From NCBI GenBank assembly GCA_963787255.1, contig CAWBCJ010000025.1, positions 192,001 to 256,000 of the forward strand: 64,000 nucleotides of DNA, written 5' to 3'. The notes beneath the pieces are model-generated. The model was not told the DNA's origin. It was given only the letters and a program-made list of their open reading frames with translations, and did no database searches. This document shows positions 52,250 through 63,509 of this stretch, one piece after another (within the stretch, counting starts at the first letter, position 1; each line of letters opens with the position of its first letter). This DNA is from Methanobacteriota archaeon (GTDB lineage: Archaea > Methanobacteriota > Methanobacteria > Methanobacteriales > Methanobacteriaceae). The position numbers and the translations under genes are program-made.

Positions 52250-52462
52250 ATGAAAATAGAAAAAGAAGCAGAAGAGATATTAAAAAAATTCTCAAAGGCA
52301 CTGGAAAATATCCCTGAACTCGAAGAAACCCATTACATAGTCGATAACGTTAATTTAACACGTCCTGACTGCGGGGAAGAAAAAAATCCCGAAAAAATCC
52401 TTAGAAATGCACAGTTAGACGAAGATGGTAATGTTATAGCTGAAAAGAGTAAATGGAAATAA
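52250..52462 (+). CDS. gatC: Asp/Glu-tRNA amidotransferase subunit C
   Basis: 70 aa, EAEEIL..FS..LE, EETHYIVDNVN.TRPD (archaeal GatC pattern). Confidence 0.8.
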   Translation: MKIEKEAEEILKKFSKALENIPELEETHYIVDNVNLTRPDCGEEKNPEKILRNAQLDEDGNVIAEKSKWK

Positions 52463-52492
52463 AATATTAAATATAACAGGAGAGAGTAAAAA

Positions 52493-52981
52493 ATGAGGTT
52501 GAATCTTGTTTTAGAGCTTTTGGATATTCCTGGCCAATTAATGGATGCTTTAGAACCTGTAGGAAGGCTTGGTGCAAATATTGTAACAGTTATTCACCAA
52601 AGGGATGTTAAAACTGAAAGAGGTACCGTACCTGTTCAAATTACAATAGAAGGGGATGAAGAAACCCTTGATAAAGTTATAAATACTCTTGAAAGTCAAG
52701 ATATTCAAATAATGGAAATTGATGGTGTTTTAAGAAAAGAAACAATAAGAACAATTTTAATTGGAGATATAGTAGATAAAGACGTTAAAAATGCTCTTAA
52801 AAAGTTCAATGATATTGAAGGAGTTAAAGTAGTAGATTTTAACTTAAAGATGTCAGACCATCCCGAAAAATCTGCCTCAAAATTCATAATTGAAGCAGAA
52901 TATGGTAAAAGAAGGGAAATAATGAAAAAAATAAAGGAAGTTGGAACTTCTTATGGCTTTTTAGTAATAAATGAAGTTTAA
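52493..52981 (+). CDS. ACT-domain protein (regulator associated with homoserine dehydrogenase)
   Basis: LELLDIPGQL...GANIVTVIH; directly upstream of hom. Confidence 0.85.
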   Translation: MRLNLVLELLDIPGQLMDALEPVGRLGANIVTVIHQRDVKTERGTVPVQITIEGDEETLDKVINTLESQDIQIMEIDGVLRKETIRTILIGDIVDKDVKNALKKFNDIEGVKVVDFNLKMSDHPEKSASKFIIEAEYGKRREIMKKIKEVGTSYGFLVINEV

Positions 52982-53007
52982 ATCTTCTACCATTTTGGGG
53001 GAATTGA

Positions 53008-54015
53008 ATGAAAGTATGTATTTTAGGTTTTGGAGCGGTTGGAAAAGGAGTGGCAAAGGTCTTTTCCATTAAAAAAGAGGAAGTCAAAGAAAAATATGGA
53101 ATAGATCTTAAAATATCAGCAGTTACTGATACTTCCGGAGCCGCAATTTGTGAAAAAGGTTTGGATCCTGATTTATTACTGGAGATAAAGGAAAAAACAG
53201 GAAAAATATCAAATTATCCAGAATACGGTATATCTGGAATTTCAAATTTAGAAGTGCTAGATAAAGCTGATTACGATTGTCTTGTTGAAGTTACCCCTAC
53301 AGACATAGAAGATGGTGAACCGGCCAAAACACATATCTTAAAGGCATTTAACAATAAAAAAGATGTTGTAACATCTAATAAAGGTCCATTAGCGTTGTCA
53401 TTTAGAGAATTAACTAGTTCAGCCCGAGAAAATGGGGTGCAATTTAAATTTGAAGCTTCAGTTGGTGGTGCAATGCCTATTATAAATTTTGCCCATGAAA
53501 CTCTATCTGGCTGTGATATAACTTCAATTTTAGGGATTTTAAATGGTACAACTAATTATATTTTATCAAGAATGGCTAAAGAAGGTTCTTCTTATGAGCA
53601 GATTTTAAAGGAATCTCAAGAATTGGGAATAGCTGAAACTAACCCTGCACAAGATGTTGAAGGTACAGATGCTGCATGTAAAGTAGTTATTCTTGCAAAT
53701 TCTCTAATGGATATGGATGTAAGCCTAAAAGACGTTGAAATAACTGGAATATCAAAAATTACACCAGAATCTATTTCACTTGCAAAAAAAGAAGGTTATC
53801 TAATTAAATTAATTGGGGAAGTGTCATCAGATGCTCTTGAAGTTGCCCCAAGACTGGTAAAAGAAGGTTCACCCTTTGCTGTAGAAGGTACATTGAATGT
53901 CGCAACCCTAAAAACAGACCTTGCAGAAGATGTTACAGTTGTTGGGAAAGGAGCAGGATCAATAGAAACTGCATCAGCTATTTTAAGTGATATTTTAAGC
54001 ATTTATAAATCCTAA
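53008..54015 (+). CDS. hom: homoserine dehydrogenase
   Basis: [45 protein letters not shown]. Confidence 0.95.
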   Translation: MKVCILGFGAVGKGVAKVFSIKKEEVKEKYGIDLKISAVTDTSGAAICEKGLDPDLLLEIKEKTGKISNYPEYGISGISNLEVLDKADYDCLVEVTPTDIEDGEPAKTHILKAFNNKKDVVTSNKGPLALSFRELTSSARENGVQFKFEASVGGAMPIINFAHETLSGCDITSILGILNGTTNYILSRMAKEGSSYEQILKESQELGIAETNPAQDVEGTDAACKVVILANSLMDMDVSLKDVEITGISKITPESISLAKKEGYLIKLIGEVSSDALEVAPRLVKEGSPFAVEGTLNVATLKTDLAEDVTVVGKGAGSIETASAILSDILSIYKS

Positions 54016-54074
54016 ATATATTAAAGAACATTATTTGCACATTTAGATATTGTATTCCTGGAGATTTTAAGAGC

Positions 54075-55277
54075 ATGAAGTATGTAGTAGTAATAGGCGA
54101 CGGGATGGCAGATTATCCCCTGAAAGAATTGAACAATAAAACACCTCTTCAAGCATCAGTAATTCCAAATATGGATTATATAGCATCTAATGGTGTAAGT
54201 GGATTTTTAAAAACCGTTCCTGATAATATGGATCCCGGATCGGATGTTGCAAATCTCTCTATTATGGGTTATGATCCTAAAGATTATTATACTGGAAGAG
54301 GACCTCTGGAAGCTGCCAGTATAGGTGCTGATCTTAAATCCGGTGAAGTAGCATTTAGATGTAATTTAATTACTGAAAAAAATGGTAAATTAGCTGATTT
54401 TAACGCAAATCATATTTCTACAGATGAATCAGAAAAGCTTATCAATGCCTTAAATGAAGAATTCGGCGAAATTGGAAAGTTTTATCTGGGTGTGAGCTAC
54501 AGGAATTTATTTGTATTTAATGATGAAGATTCAGCATCGCTTAAATCACTTCCACCTCACGATATCATAGGCGAAAGCACTGAAGAAAGCTTATTAAAGC
54601 CATATGATGATAAAAATGCCATATTATTAAATAAAATCATGAAAGAATCAAGAGAATTATTAGAAAACCATCCAGTAAATAAAGAAAGGACAAAACAGGG
54701 TAAAAACCCTGCAAACATGATCTGGTTATGGGGACAGGGTGTTAAACCAAAAATGCCTTTATTTACTGATAAATATGGATTAAAAGGTGCTACAATTACT
54801 GGTGTTGATTTAATTAAAGGTATTGGGATTTATCTGGGCCTAACTAATATTGACGTTCCAGGAGCAACAGGTTTTTTTGACACAGACTACAATAAAAAAG
54901 CGGAATATGCGATAAATGCTCTTGATGCTCATGACCTTGTATTTGTCCATGTTGAAGCTCCAGACGAAGCTGGACATGCAGGAGACATTGAAGAAAAGAT
55001 TAAAGCAATCGAAAACATTGATTACAAGATTATAGGAAAACTTCTTGATGAACTTCCTAATTTTGACGATTATACTATTTCAATTCTTCCAGACCATGCA
55101 ACTCCAATATATGTCAAAACACATACTATGGAACCTGTTCCTTATTCAATATGCTCTACAAATGGTATTAAGGATGATGCTAGCCAGTATAATGAAATTT
55201 CAGCTAAAAGAGGTTCTATGGGAACTATTGAAGGCCACAAATTTATGAATAATTTTTTGAGATTTTCAAAAATTTAA
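54075..55277 (+). CDS. apgM: cofactor-independent phosphoglycerate mutase family (ApgM)
   Basis: [38 protein letters not shown]. Confidence 0.88.
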   Translation: MKYVVVIGDGMADYPLKELNNKTPLQASVIPNMDYIASNGVSGFLKTVPDNMDPGSDVANLSIMGYDPKDYYTGRGPLEAASIGADLKSGEVAFRCNLITEKNGKLADFNANHISTDESEKLINALNEEFGEIGKFYLGVSYRNLFVFNDEDSASLKSLPPHDIIGESTEESLLKPYDDKNAILLNKIMKESRELLENHPVNKERTKQGKNPANMIWLWGQGVKPKMPLFTDKYGLKGATITGVDLIKGIGIYLGLTNIDVPGATGFFDTDYNKKAEYAINALDAHDLVFVHVEAPDEAGHAGDIEEKIKAIENIDYKIIGKLLDELPNFDDYTISILPDHATPIYVKTHTMEPVPYSICSTNGIKDDASQYNEISAKRGSMGTIEGHKFMNNFLRFSKI

Positions 55278-55412
55278 AAAAAAATAGGATTTAGTAATTT
55301 TTTTTTATCCATAAGATTTTATATAATACAGTATAAATCGAAGTATTGTTTTATAGTTTTTATAATTGATTTGAGTGAGAATTTTAATGATAATAATGAT
55401 TTTATGTAGGAG

Positions 55413-57020
55413 ATGATTCATCTGTCAAAATATATTGTAGTAACAGGGGGAGTTGTAAGCTCAATAGGTAAAGGAATAACTGCAGCATCAATAGGAAGAA
55501 TATTAAGATCATACGGGATTGATGTAACTGCAATAAAGATAGATCCATACTTAAACTGGGATTCAGGAACACTTAACCCCTATCAACATGGGGAAGTGTT
55601 TGTAACTGATGATGGTATGGAAACAGACCTGGATTTGGGCCATTATGAGCGGTTTTTAGACACAGAACTTTCTGGTGATTCCAACATAACCACAGGTAAA
55701 GTTTATTCCTCTGTTATTGAAAAAGAGCGAAAAGGAGATTATCTAGGCTCCTGTGTGCAGATAATTCCACACATCACCGATGAAATTAAATCAATGATCA
55801 GGAAAATAGCTAATAAAAGCGAAGCAGAAGTTGTTCTAGTTGAGGTAGGAGGAACAGTAGGGGACATAGAAAGTCAGCCGTTTTTAGAAGCATTAAGGCA
55901 ACTTCGTAATGAAGAAGGTCATGATAATGCAATGTTTGTTCATGTTACATATGTACCTTATTTAAGAGCTGCCGGAGAATTCAAGACCAAACCAACCCAG
56001 CACAGCACAAAAGAACTTAGAAGTACAGGTATTAATCCGGATATGATTATCTGCCGATCTGAATTACCTATTGACCCACATTTAAAACAGAAAATTGCTC
56101 ATTTCTGTGATGTTGAACGTAATGCAGTAATAAATTGTCCAGATGTTGCTTCAATCTATGAAGTTCCACTAATGCTTAATAAAGAAAATGTTGGGGAATA
56201 CGTACTTAAACGTATAAAAATGGATGGTGGAAAACCTGATCTTAACCGTTGGAGTGAAATTGTCGAATCTCTTAAAATTGAAGAACCACAGGTAAGTATT
56301 GGAATTATTGGAAAGTACATTGAGCTTGAAGATGCTTATATAAGTATAAGGGAATCATTAAAACATGCAGCAGCTGAAGTAGGCGTTAAAGTACATATTG
56401 AATGGATCAGTGCAGAAGATTCTATAGATATAGAAAAACTTGAAGGACTCAATGCATTGCTAATACCTGGCGGATTTGGTGAAAGGGGTATTACCGGAAA
56501 ATTAGATGCGGTAAGATATTCAATTGAACATGAAGTTCCTCTATTTGGAATATGCCTTGGAATGCAGTGCATGGTAATTGAATTTGCAAGAATGCACGGG
56601 CTTGAAGATGCAAATAGTACAGAATTTAACCCTGATACAAAAAATCCAGTTATTGACATTATGCCCGAACAAATAAAAGTTAAATACATGGGTGGAACAA
56701 TGAGACTCGGTTCTTATCCTTGTAGTATTAAAGATGGAACATTAGCACACATAGCATATCAAAAGAAATCTGTAAATGAACGCCACAGACATAGGTTTGA
56801 ATTCAATAACGAATATCGTGAAATTTTACAAGAAAAGGGTTTAACAATTTCAGGTATTTCTCCTAATTATTTACTTGTTGAAATGATAGAACTTGAAGAC
56901 CATCCCTGGTTTTTAGGATGTCAGTTCCATCCTGAATTTAAATCAAGACCAAACAACGCACATCCAATATTTGTATCCTTTATGAAGGCTGCATTTGAAA
57001 ACAAGAAAAAGAATAATTAA
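55413..57020 (+). CDS. pyrG: CTP synthase
   Basis: GGVVSSIGKG, DLDLGHYERF, KTKPTQHS, GICLGMQ, QFHPEF. Confidence 0.97.
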   Translation: MIHLSKYIVVTGGVVSSIGKGITAASIGRILRSYGIDVTAIKIDPYLNWDSGTLNPYQHGEVFVTDDGMETDLDLGHYERFLDTELSGDSNITTGKVYSSVIEKERKGDYLGSCVQIIPHITDEIKSMIRKIANKSEAEVVLVEVGGTVGDIESQPFLEALRQLRNEEGHDNAMFVHVTYVPYLRAAGEFKTKPTQHSTKELRSTGINPDMIICRSELPIDPHLKQKIAHFCDVERNAVINCPDVASIYEVPLMLNKENVGEYVLKRIKMDGGKPDLNRWSEIVESLKIEEPQVSIGIIGKYIELEDAYISIRESLKHAAAEVGVKVHIEWISAEDSIDIEKLEGLNALLIPGGFGERGITGKLDAVRYSIEHEVPLFGICLGMQCMVIEFARMHGLEDANSTEFNPDTKNPVIDIMPEQIKVKYMGGTMRLGSYPCSIKDGTLAHIAYQKKSVNERHRHRFEFNNEYREILQEKGLTISGISPNYLLVEMIELEDHPWFLGCQFHPEFKSRPNNAHPIFVSFMKAAFENKKKNN

Positions 57021-57060
57021 GAAAATTATTCAAATCATTCCTAAAAATTAAAGTGATTTA

Positions 57061-58227
57061 ATGATAACAGAAATACCACTTTTATGCACAATCATAGCAA
57101 TTATAGCATGTCTTTATGCCAGTTACACAGATTTAAAATCAGGAATTATCCCAAACAAATTAACATTTCCTTTAATAGGTATTGGAATAGTTCTTAACGG
57201 ACTTTATGCCTTCACAGCTGGTAATATCTGGTTAATAGTTTACACATTAATTTTTACTGCAGGAATTTTTGTTCTGGGATATATACTCTGGAAATTTGGG
57301 GCATGGGCTGGTGGTGACGTTAAATTATTCACGGCTTTAGCGGCATTACTTCCTTTTTACCCACTAATTCTAAATTATAGTATTTTAGGTGTTGAATTTC
57401 CATTAATAGCATCTTATCCTTTTCCATTTACTTTAATTGTAAACAGCATACTAGCAATACTTCCATTCTTATTGATATTCATATTTTACATTGCACTACG
57501 AAAAAAACCATATTTAATGGATGAATTAGTTTCTCCAGTGAAAAAATACAGAAAAAATATCGTTTTAACTCTTGTAATAACTTCAGCAGTAACTTTGACT
57601 GTTGTAATTACTCCTTATTTACCTTTTCAGATGATTTTGATCTCTTTGATTTTAATTTATTTACTTACCTTTGTAATCTCTAAATTTCCAAATAAAGTTA
57701 AGGCAATTTTTGTATCTATCTTAATAGTTTTCGCACTTTATAGTAATTTAACATTAACAATAAGTAGTGTAATTGTTCTATTTATTACCATAACAGTTTT
57801 AGAAGTTATAAAAAAGCTTCTAACGTCTGTTAATAAGAAAGCATTACAAGATGATTATAAAATTGAAAATTTAAATGAAGGTATGATTCCAGCTTACAAC
57901 ATTTATGAAAAGAATGATGAAGTATACATTGATAACAAGGGTCTTTTTGATAAAATTAAAAATTCTTTAAAGAAAGGAGATATTACAGATCTTTCCGAAA
58001 CTAAAGGTAAGCTTTTAATAAGTACAATGGCTGCAGGACTATCTAAAGAAGATATTGAACTCATAAATAAATTATATAATGAAAATAAAATTTCAGACAA
58101 GTTTAGAGTTAAAAAAGGAGTACCTTTCGCACCTTCTATTCTTATCGGTCTTTTAATTTCTTTATTTGTGGGAGATTTGGCAATTATACTCCAGAAAGTA
58201 CTTTATTTTTTATTTTACATGACTTAA
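57061..58227 (+). CDS. A24 prepilin peptidase (EppA-like)
   Basis: ASYTDLK..IIPNKL, GAWAGGDVKL (GxGD aspartyl protease), extra TM helices, GVPFAPSI; adjacent QxSxE pilins. Confidence 0.9.
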   Translation: MITEIPLLCTIIAIIACLYASYTDLKSGIIPNKLTFPLIGIGIVLNGLYAFTAGNIWLIVYTLIFTAGIFVLGYILWKFGAWAGGDVKLFTALAALLPFYPLILNYSILGVEFPLIASYPFPFTLIVNSILAILPFLLIFIFYIALRKKPYLMDELVSPVKKYRKNIVLTLVITSAVTLTVVITPYLPFQMILISLILIYLLTFVISKFPNKVKAIFVSILIVFALYSNLTLTISSVIVLFITITVLEVIKKLLTSVNKKALQDDYKIENLNEGMIPAYNIYEKNDEVYIDNKGLFDKIKNSLKKGDITDLSETKGKLLISTMAAGLSKEDIELINKLYNENKISDKFRVKKGVPFAPSILIGLLISLFVGDLAIILQKVLYFLFYMT

Positions 58228-58352
58228 ATTAATTCATTTTTTATTTCATTTAAATTTCTTATAAGATGGTTAAATTAATCAATTTAACTTGATTACTAAT
58301 GAATGAATGATATACCCAAAATTTATATAGTTATAAACATAATTTTTAGATA

Positions 58353-58790
58353 GTGAAGAAAATGGATGATATAGGACAGATTTCGGTTGAATATTTGCTG
58401 TTGATTGTGGTGATTTTAACTATTTTAACTGCAGTAACTATTCCATTAATGGGACAATCCATCGATGCAAGTAATGATGTTTCGTGGACTTCAGATGCAA
58501 AAGTGGCAGTTGAAAGCGTTGCAAATGCAGTAAATATTGTTTATGCAAATGGCCCTGGCTCTAAAAGAACATTTGATGTTTACATTCCTCAAAATAGCAT
58601 GAGTCTTCAAACTAGCGGTAATGAAATTTTTATTGTTACAAATCTTAGTGACGGCACATCTAAAAATGTTTCTGCTGCAACTGGATATAATTTAAACACA
58701 ACTTCAATTAATCTTAACAAAAGCTGGCATAAAATCCAGGTTTACTGGACAATAGGAACTAATGCCATTAGTATTACAGCATTGAACTAA
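58353..58790 (+). CDS. type IV pilin-like protein (class III signal peptide)
   Basis: G|QISVEYLL followed by a hydrophobic helix; VYANGPGSK. TTTATATA at 58322 lies about 24 nt before the GTG, suggesting a leaderless mRNA. Confidence 0.87.
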   Translation: MKKMDDIGQISVEYLLLIVVILTILTAVTIPLMGQSIDASNDVSWTSDAKVAVESVANAVNIVYANGPGSKRTFDVYIPQNSMSLQTSGNEIFIVTNLSDGTSKNVSAATGYNLNTTSINLNKSWHKIQVYWTIGTNAISITALN

Positions 58791-58806
58791 ATACAGGGGA
58801 TTTTCA

Positions 58807-59700
58807 ATGAAACTTTTTGCAATATTTGGTGATTTAATAATAAGAATGTTTGATTTTGTTGGAATGTTAATTTTGGAGATACCAAACATTCCTAACAGAT
58901 TAAGGGGTATTAATACTGATAATATCAAAGATAAAGTTGATACTGACATTATTAAAGAAAATATTGCCAAAATAAAAAATGATAACAGGATTCAGGAAAG
59001 TATTTCTAAGATTTCAAGAACCGAAACAACTGAAACTCACCGCAGCGAAAAAATTGATGAAAACAATGCAGTCATTGATAAAGAAATCCAAAATGAACAG
59101 TTATCGGAAAAATTCACACCAGAAAAGAAGGAACAAACTGTTTTTATTCTTCAAATCATGTCTGGAGTATTTTTAGTAATTTCAATGCTTTTTATATTTA
59201 ATTTCTTATCTTTAACTCTATACGCAATTTTTGGAGTCGCTACAGTAGCATATATACTTTATGTCCTGTTTTCAAAGATTAAATTAATGTTTAAGGCTGA
59301 TTTTAATGCCTATCGAGATTTCTTTTTGATGTATATTGCGGTAGGTATAATACTTGTTTTGGTTGGTACCAATCCCAATTTCATGATGTCATTTTCATTT
59401 GAATTTTTACCTTCACTTTCAGTTTTGATATTTGCGGTAATAGCTGTTATTGCAGTATTTTTAATTTTTAGAATTAAATATCACCGAAATTTTACCTATG
59501 GTACGGTAATTGAAACAGGTAAAAAAACAGCTCATGTTAAGGTTAATTACGATATTTGCTCAAATATAAAGCCTGATATTTACATTGTAGATAATAGCTA
59601 CGGTGCAAGCGATGGGAATAAGGTAAAGCTTCAAATAGAAGAAAAGTTTCTGAGTATGAATGGGAACAAACCAAGTAGTATAATAGATATTTTGAGTTAG
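58807..59700 (+). CDS. DUF2101-like membrane protein
   Basis: Central 4 TM helices, FNAYRDFF, RNFTYGTV, YDICSNIKPDIY. Confidence 0.72.
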   Translation: MKLFAIFGDLIIRMFDFVGMLILEIPNIPNRLRGINTDNIKDKVDTDIIKENIAKIKNDNRIQESISKISRTETTETHRSEKIDENNAVIDKEIQNEQLSEKFTPEKKEQTVFILQIMSGVFLVISMLFIFNFLSLTLYAIFGVATVAYILYVLFSKIKLMFKADFNAYRDFFLMYIAVGIILVLVGTNPNFMMSFSFEFLPSLSVLIFAVIAVIAVFLIFRIKYHRNFTYGTVIETGKKTAHVKVNYDICSNIKPDIYIVDNSYGASDGNKVKLQIEEKFLSMNGNKPSSIIDILS

Positions 59701-59748
59701 AAAAATATTGTTATTTTAGCTAGATTTTATTTTTTTATTGGAAAGTTT

Positions 59749-60165
59749 TTAAACAATTACAACACTGTATCTGTGGCTGCTTGTTACCACAACATCGTCG
59801 AAGAGATTAGTTGTATTTTGTACATCAATTGTGTATCCTTGAGCTGCAATCGATTGTATAGTTGAATTGAATATTGTACTATTTGCATTGTTAGAAATTG
59901 GTCCGGATACATTTATTAAAAGAGTTAAATTTTGACCGCTTCCATTCATTTTCACATCATTAACTCTTAAAGGCTCCATATTCCTATTTAAAAGAGCTAG
60001 ATTAGTTGCTGCTTCCATAGCTCCGTTCCTTGCAGCTGCGGTTACAGTATTTAATTCGTTCTGTTCACCAATATATGAGCCTACTAAAAGAACTATTACT
60101 AACATAAAAGCAACTACAAGCACGAATTCTATTGAAAGTTGTCCTCTTTGATCCATTTTAATCAA
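59749..60165 (-). CDS. type IV pilin-like protein (class III signal peptide)
   Basis: QRG|QLSIEFVL followed by a hydrophobic helix; AARNGA. Confidence 0.87.
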   Translation of the reverse strand: MIKMDQRGQLSIEFVLVVAFMLVIVLLVGSYIGEQNELNTVTAAARNGAMEAATNLALLNRNMEPLRVNDVKMNGSGQNLTLLINVSGPISNNANSTIFNSTIQSIAAQGYTIDVQNTTNLFDDVVVTSSHRYSVVIV

Positions 60166-60405
60166 TATACTTTCTTTTTGTACAAGGTTATATTATTTAC
60201 TATTACTTAGTTTAATAGATAATATTTTTTAATATATTTATGAATTAATTAAGATCAGCATTTATTTTAAATTAATAATACTTTTTTCAAGTAGGATAAG
60301 ACTTTACAAACATATATAAGTATTATAAGGCAATAACTAACTATCAATAGTGTTAGAGTACTAGTTAATGATTAATGCGCATATTCATGAGTTTGGGGGA
60401 TAAAA

Positions 60406-61314
60406 TTGGGATTATTAAGAAAAGATTCAGGCGGTCAAATTTTTTCTTTGGATTCTTTACTTGCACTTATTCCCATTGCCCTAATAATAGGCATGGCTGC
60501 AGCAGACATGGATAATATGCTTTATTTAACACAAAGTGCTGTTTTTCAAAGTTCAACAGAAAGAGCAGCATCAGATACTGTACATGCACTTCTTGAAACA
60601 TCAGGAAGTCCAATAGATTGGGAAATGACAGGAAATCCAAGAATTGCTGGACTTGCAGAGTATGATCAAATCAAAAGCGTACCTGTAGAAGGCACGGTAG
60701 ACGCAATTAAGCTGGGACAGCTTAATCAATCCCATATACAGAATATGATAGGAAATGATTATGGTTATTTCATTAATGTTACAAGAGTAGGAGATAGTTA
60801 CTCTGTTAAGACTTTGGGAACTTATAACAGCACTGCTAATAATATAGTAAGAATAGAACGTTTTGTACTTTATGGATACTTAAAAGTAGTTTCATCTGCA
60901 AAGGATTTTATTAGATATACTCCAGGACATCCAAGGGTTTATACTAACCCGCCTAATCCTTTTCCAACTAATTATATTTATTTAAATTCATTTGACTACT
61001 GGGTTTTAGTAGATAATAAAGGTTATGATTCAGCTACAGTTGAGATTAATAATAACGGGTAGTGGAGCCGAAGATTTTAATCGCTCAATCAACAAGATTA
61101 TGTTAATATAGCAGGACAGTTGACTCCAACTTTTCTTTATAATGAAACTTATTTCATGAACAATACCGTTACTGTAAGGGGCACAAGTAATCCATGGAGT
61201 TCATTAGATGTTTATATAGTGCAGGTTCCTAAAGGAACACCGCAAAGTGAAATTAATTTGGATAATATCGAACCAAAAAGATATAGGTTCCAGTTTTATT
61301 TATGGGTTAAGTGA
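60406..61314 (+). CDS. pilin-like protein interrupted by clustered indels at about 61055-61082
   Basis: GG|QIFSLDSLL signal, LLETSGSPIDW. Both ORF pieces are in the same frame; three 1-nt insertions give a continuous NNNRVVEPxDFNxLNQQDYVN. Confidence 0.75.
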
Positions 61315-61320
61315 TAAAAA

Positions 61321-63474
61321 ATGGATGATAAAGGTTTTATATTTACAACAGATGCTACATTAGCATTAGTTATTTTCATGGTTTTTACAACTTCTTTTAT
61401 TACTTATCAGATTCTCCCTAATTACATGGGCGAAGATCACCAACATCTAGAAGGTTTAGCCGACAGTGCACTAGCTGTAATGGAACAAGACGGAACCCTT
61501 AATAGTGCTGCAATTTATTACGCGGGTAACAATCCTTCAGGTGGAAGTCAAATTTTAAATTCATCTTTAAACACATTAATACCATCAGATGTAGGATATA
61601 AAATAACTCTTGGTTCATATCCTTCTGTTGTTAATAATAGAAATTTGCTGTATTCTAATGACGTTGTTACAAGAGTTAAAGTAATATCCGGACCTCAAGA
61701 AGGTTGGGTTGGCCGTGCATGGTACAAGTTGGAGGAAGTAGAATTTGAAAACCAGACCCAAAATGTTACCACTACTTTATGGAATTTCCACAACTGGTTA
61801 AGTAATTTTTCTCCATGGAGAGATGGTAATGGTCGTGCAAGGTTAGCTTCATATCCGTACTGGGGATCAGCTTCTGGTGCTCCAAATACTCCTATAAATA
61901 TACAATTTTCAATTCCTAACGGTGCAATAATCCAGGGAGGCCTTTTCCTTGCAGGATCATGTAATCAAAATCGTTCAACTACAGGAACAGGACCTGCATA
62001 TGGGGTAAACTTTACACTTAATGGTTATACTTATCCTGTTAACGCAAACCAGTTTACATTTTTATATAAAAGACCCCCAACCACGGGTAATGATAGACTT
62101 AATTTCCCTATGTATAATTATCAGGGAGTAATTGCTTCTAATAGGTTAGCTAATGGTGTAAATAGTTATAATGTCAAATTTACAAGTCCAGTATACAATT
62201 ATATTGATAACGATAGACGAGGGCATGACATGCCTTGGTTTTCGGTAATAGGTAATTATACGACTAATATAGAAGTGCCAAAGGGATTAAACACAACAAG
62301 AATTCCTTTTACTAATAACGCAGGACTAGCAGTTGAAACTGCACAAGATTTAAATGGGGATGGCACTAGAAACGAATATGGGAGAGTATATGACATAAAT
62401 ACTGGATCAGTTACTTCTTTCACTAATTTAAGAACCGTTACCTGGAATAATCTCTTAAATAGAAATCATGGATTTGATAATGGTGTTCCATTTGTTATAA
62501 CTGGTTTACCTGGTAATGATTTGGATAAAGCAACTGCAGTTAGTATTGTTCAAGATGTTTATATTCCTCCTAATACTAGACTATTCGATGCATTTACAGT
62601 TGTTAATGCATATGGTGGTGTTGATAATGCATTAGTTGAAGTATGGGATGGTACTCGTTGGAACACAGCATTCTGCTCTTTTAATGTAGGTTCAACTCAA
62701 TACAGTGCTAGAAGTGATGGATATGGTAATATTCCTGGAATAATATACATTGGTCCAAATAGTACAGCACCACTACAAACAGGAAATAATAAGGTAAGAA
62801 TAACTGTTTGGGATCAGGTTCCAGGTAATGACTATGACCTTACTGGTCTAGTTAGTTGTTATACTCAAATTACTTCTACTAAATTACCTATAAAATGGGA
62901 GAATTTTCCTTATCAAAGTTATCAAAGCAATAATAATCAACGTACGCAAACAAGGTCTTTTACAGTCGGTGCTGATGCTCAAAAAGTATTATTCTTTGCA
63001 GGAGTTGGAACAGATTCCAGAAATATAAAAATCGAATATCCAAGCGGCGCAGTTTTATATAATAGTGCTACTATCCCTTACTCTTTAGATCTTTCTAATT
63101 TAGATGCTGCAGGACCGCATGTTTTCACTAATGGTACTCCTGGAAATTATACATTAAAACCAGGAACCTATAATCTTAAGGTTACAGTAACTGGTCCTAC
63201 AAATAATTGGGAATCAGGAGATAATGATGCAAATGCTGAAATATTTTCTGGATCACGTATAGCAGTACTTTATCCTAAATTTTTAGAGAATGTATGGACA
63301 ACAGCATACGCTGATAATGCACTTGATGCTGAAGATGCTGCTTATGCAGAACTTATTACCTTATTAAATGCTGCAGGAATAACTCCAGACCAGTCATTAA
63401 TAAGGAAAGAAGCTATGTATGCTGGTGATTTACCAAATGCTATACCTGTTAGATTAGAATTATGGAGAAAATAA
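61321..63474 (+). CDS. large class III signal-peptide protein (minor pilin / adhesin candidate)
   Basis: MDDKG|FIFTTDA plus hydrophobic helix; Asn/Gly/Thr-rich beta domains; DLNGDG motif; C-terminal VRLELW. Confidence 0.82.
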   Translation: MDDKGFIFTTDATLALVIFMVFTTSFITYQILPNYMGEDHQHLEGLADSALAVMEQDGTLNSAAIYYAGNNPSGGSQILNSSLNTLIPSDVGYKITLGSYPSVVNNRNLLYSNDVVTRVKVISGPQEGWVGRAWYKLEEVEFENQTQNVTTTLWNFHNWLSNFSPWRDGNGRARLASYPYWGSASGAPNTPINIQFSIPNGAIIQGGLFLAGSCNQNRSTTGTGPAYGVNFTLNGYTYPVNANQFTFLYKRPPTTGNDRLNFPMYNYQGVIASNRLANGVNSYNVKFTSPVYNYIDNDRRGHDMPWFSVIGNYTTNIEVPKGLNTTRIPFTNNAGLAVETAQDLNGDGTRNEYGRVYDINTGSVTSFTNLRTVTWNNLLNRNHGFDNGVPFVITGLPGNDLDKATAVSIVQDVYIPPNTRLFDAFTVVNAYGGVDNALVEVWDGTRWNTAFCSFNVGSTQYSARSDGYGNIPGIIYIGPNSTAPLQTGNNKVRITVWDQVPGNDYDLTGLVSCYTQITSTKLPIKWENFPYQSYQSNNNQRTQTRSFTVGADAQKVLFFAGVGTDSRNIKIEYPSGAVLYNSATIPYSLDLSNLDAAGPHVFTNGTPGNYTLKPGTYNLKVTVTGPTNNWESGDNDANAEIFSGSRIAVLYPKFLENVWTTAYADNALDAEDAAYAELITLLNAAGITPDQSLIRKEAMYAGDLPNAIPVRLELWRK

Positions 63475-63509
63475 AGAAAATAGAATTAGAATTTAAGAAG
63501 GCGTTAATA

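Noticed and set aside
59700-60405. Invertible (phase-variable) pilin cassette
   Set aside because: The pilin is in opposite orientation, but no convincing flanking inverted repeats or recombinase gene were found.
61055-61082. Amber (pyrrolysine) readthrough at TAG 61060 in the pilin-like gene
   Set aside because: A TAA follows in frame at 61078, no pyl genes are present, and three single-base deletions explain the sequence better.
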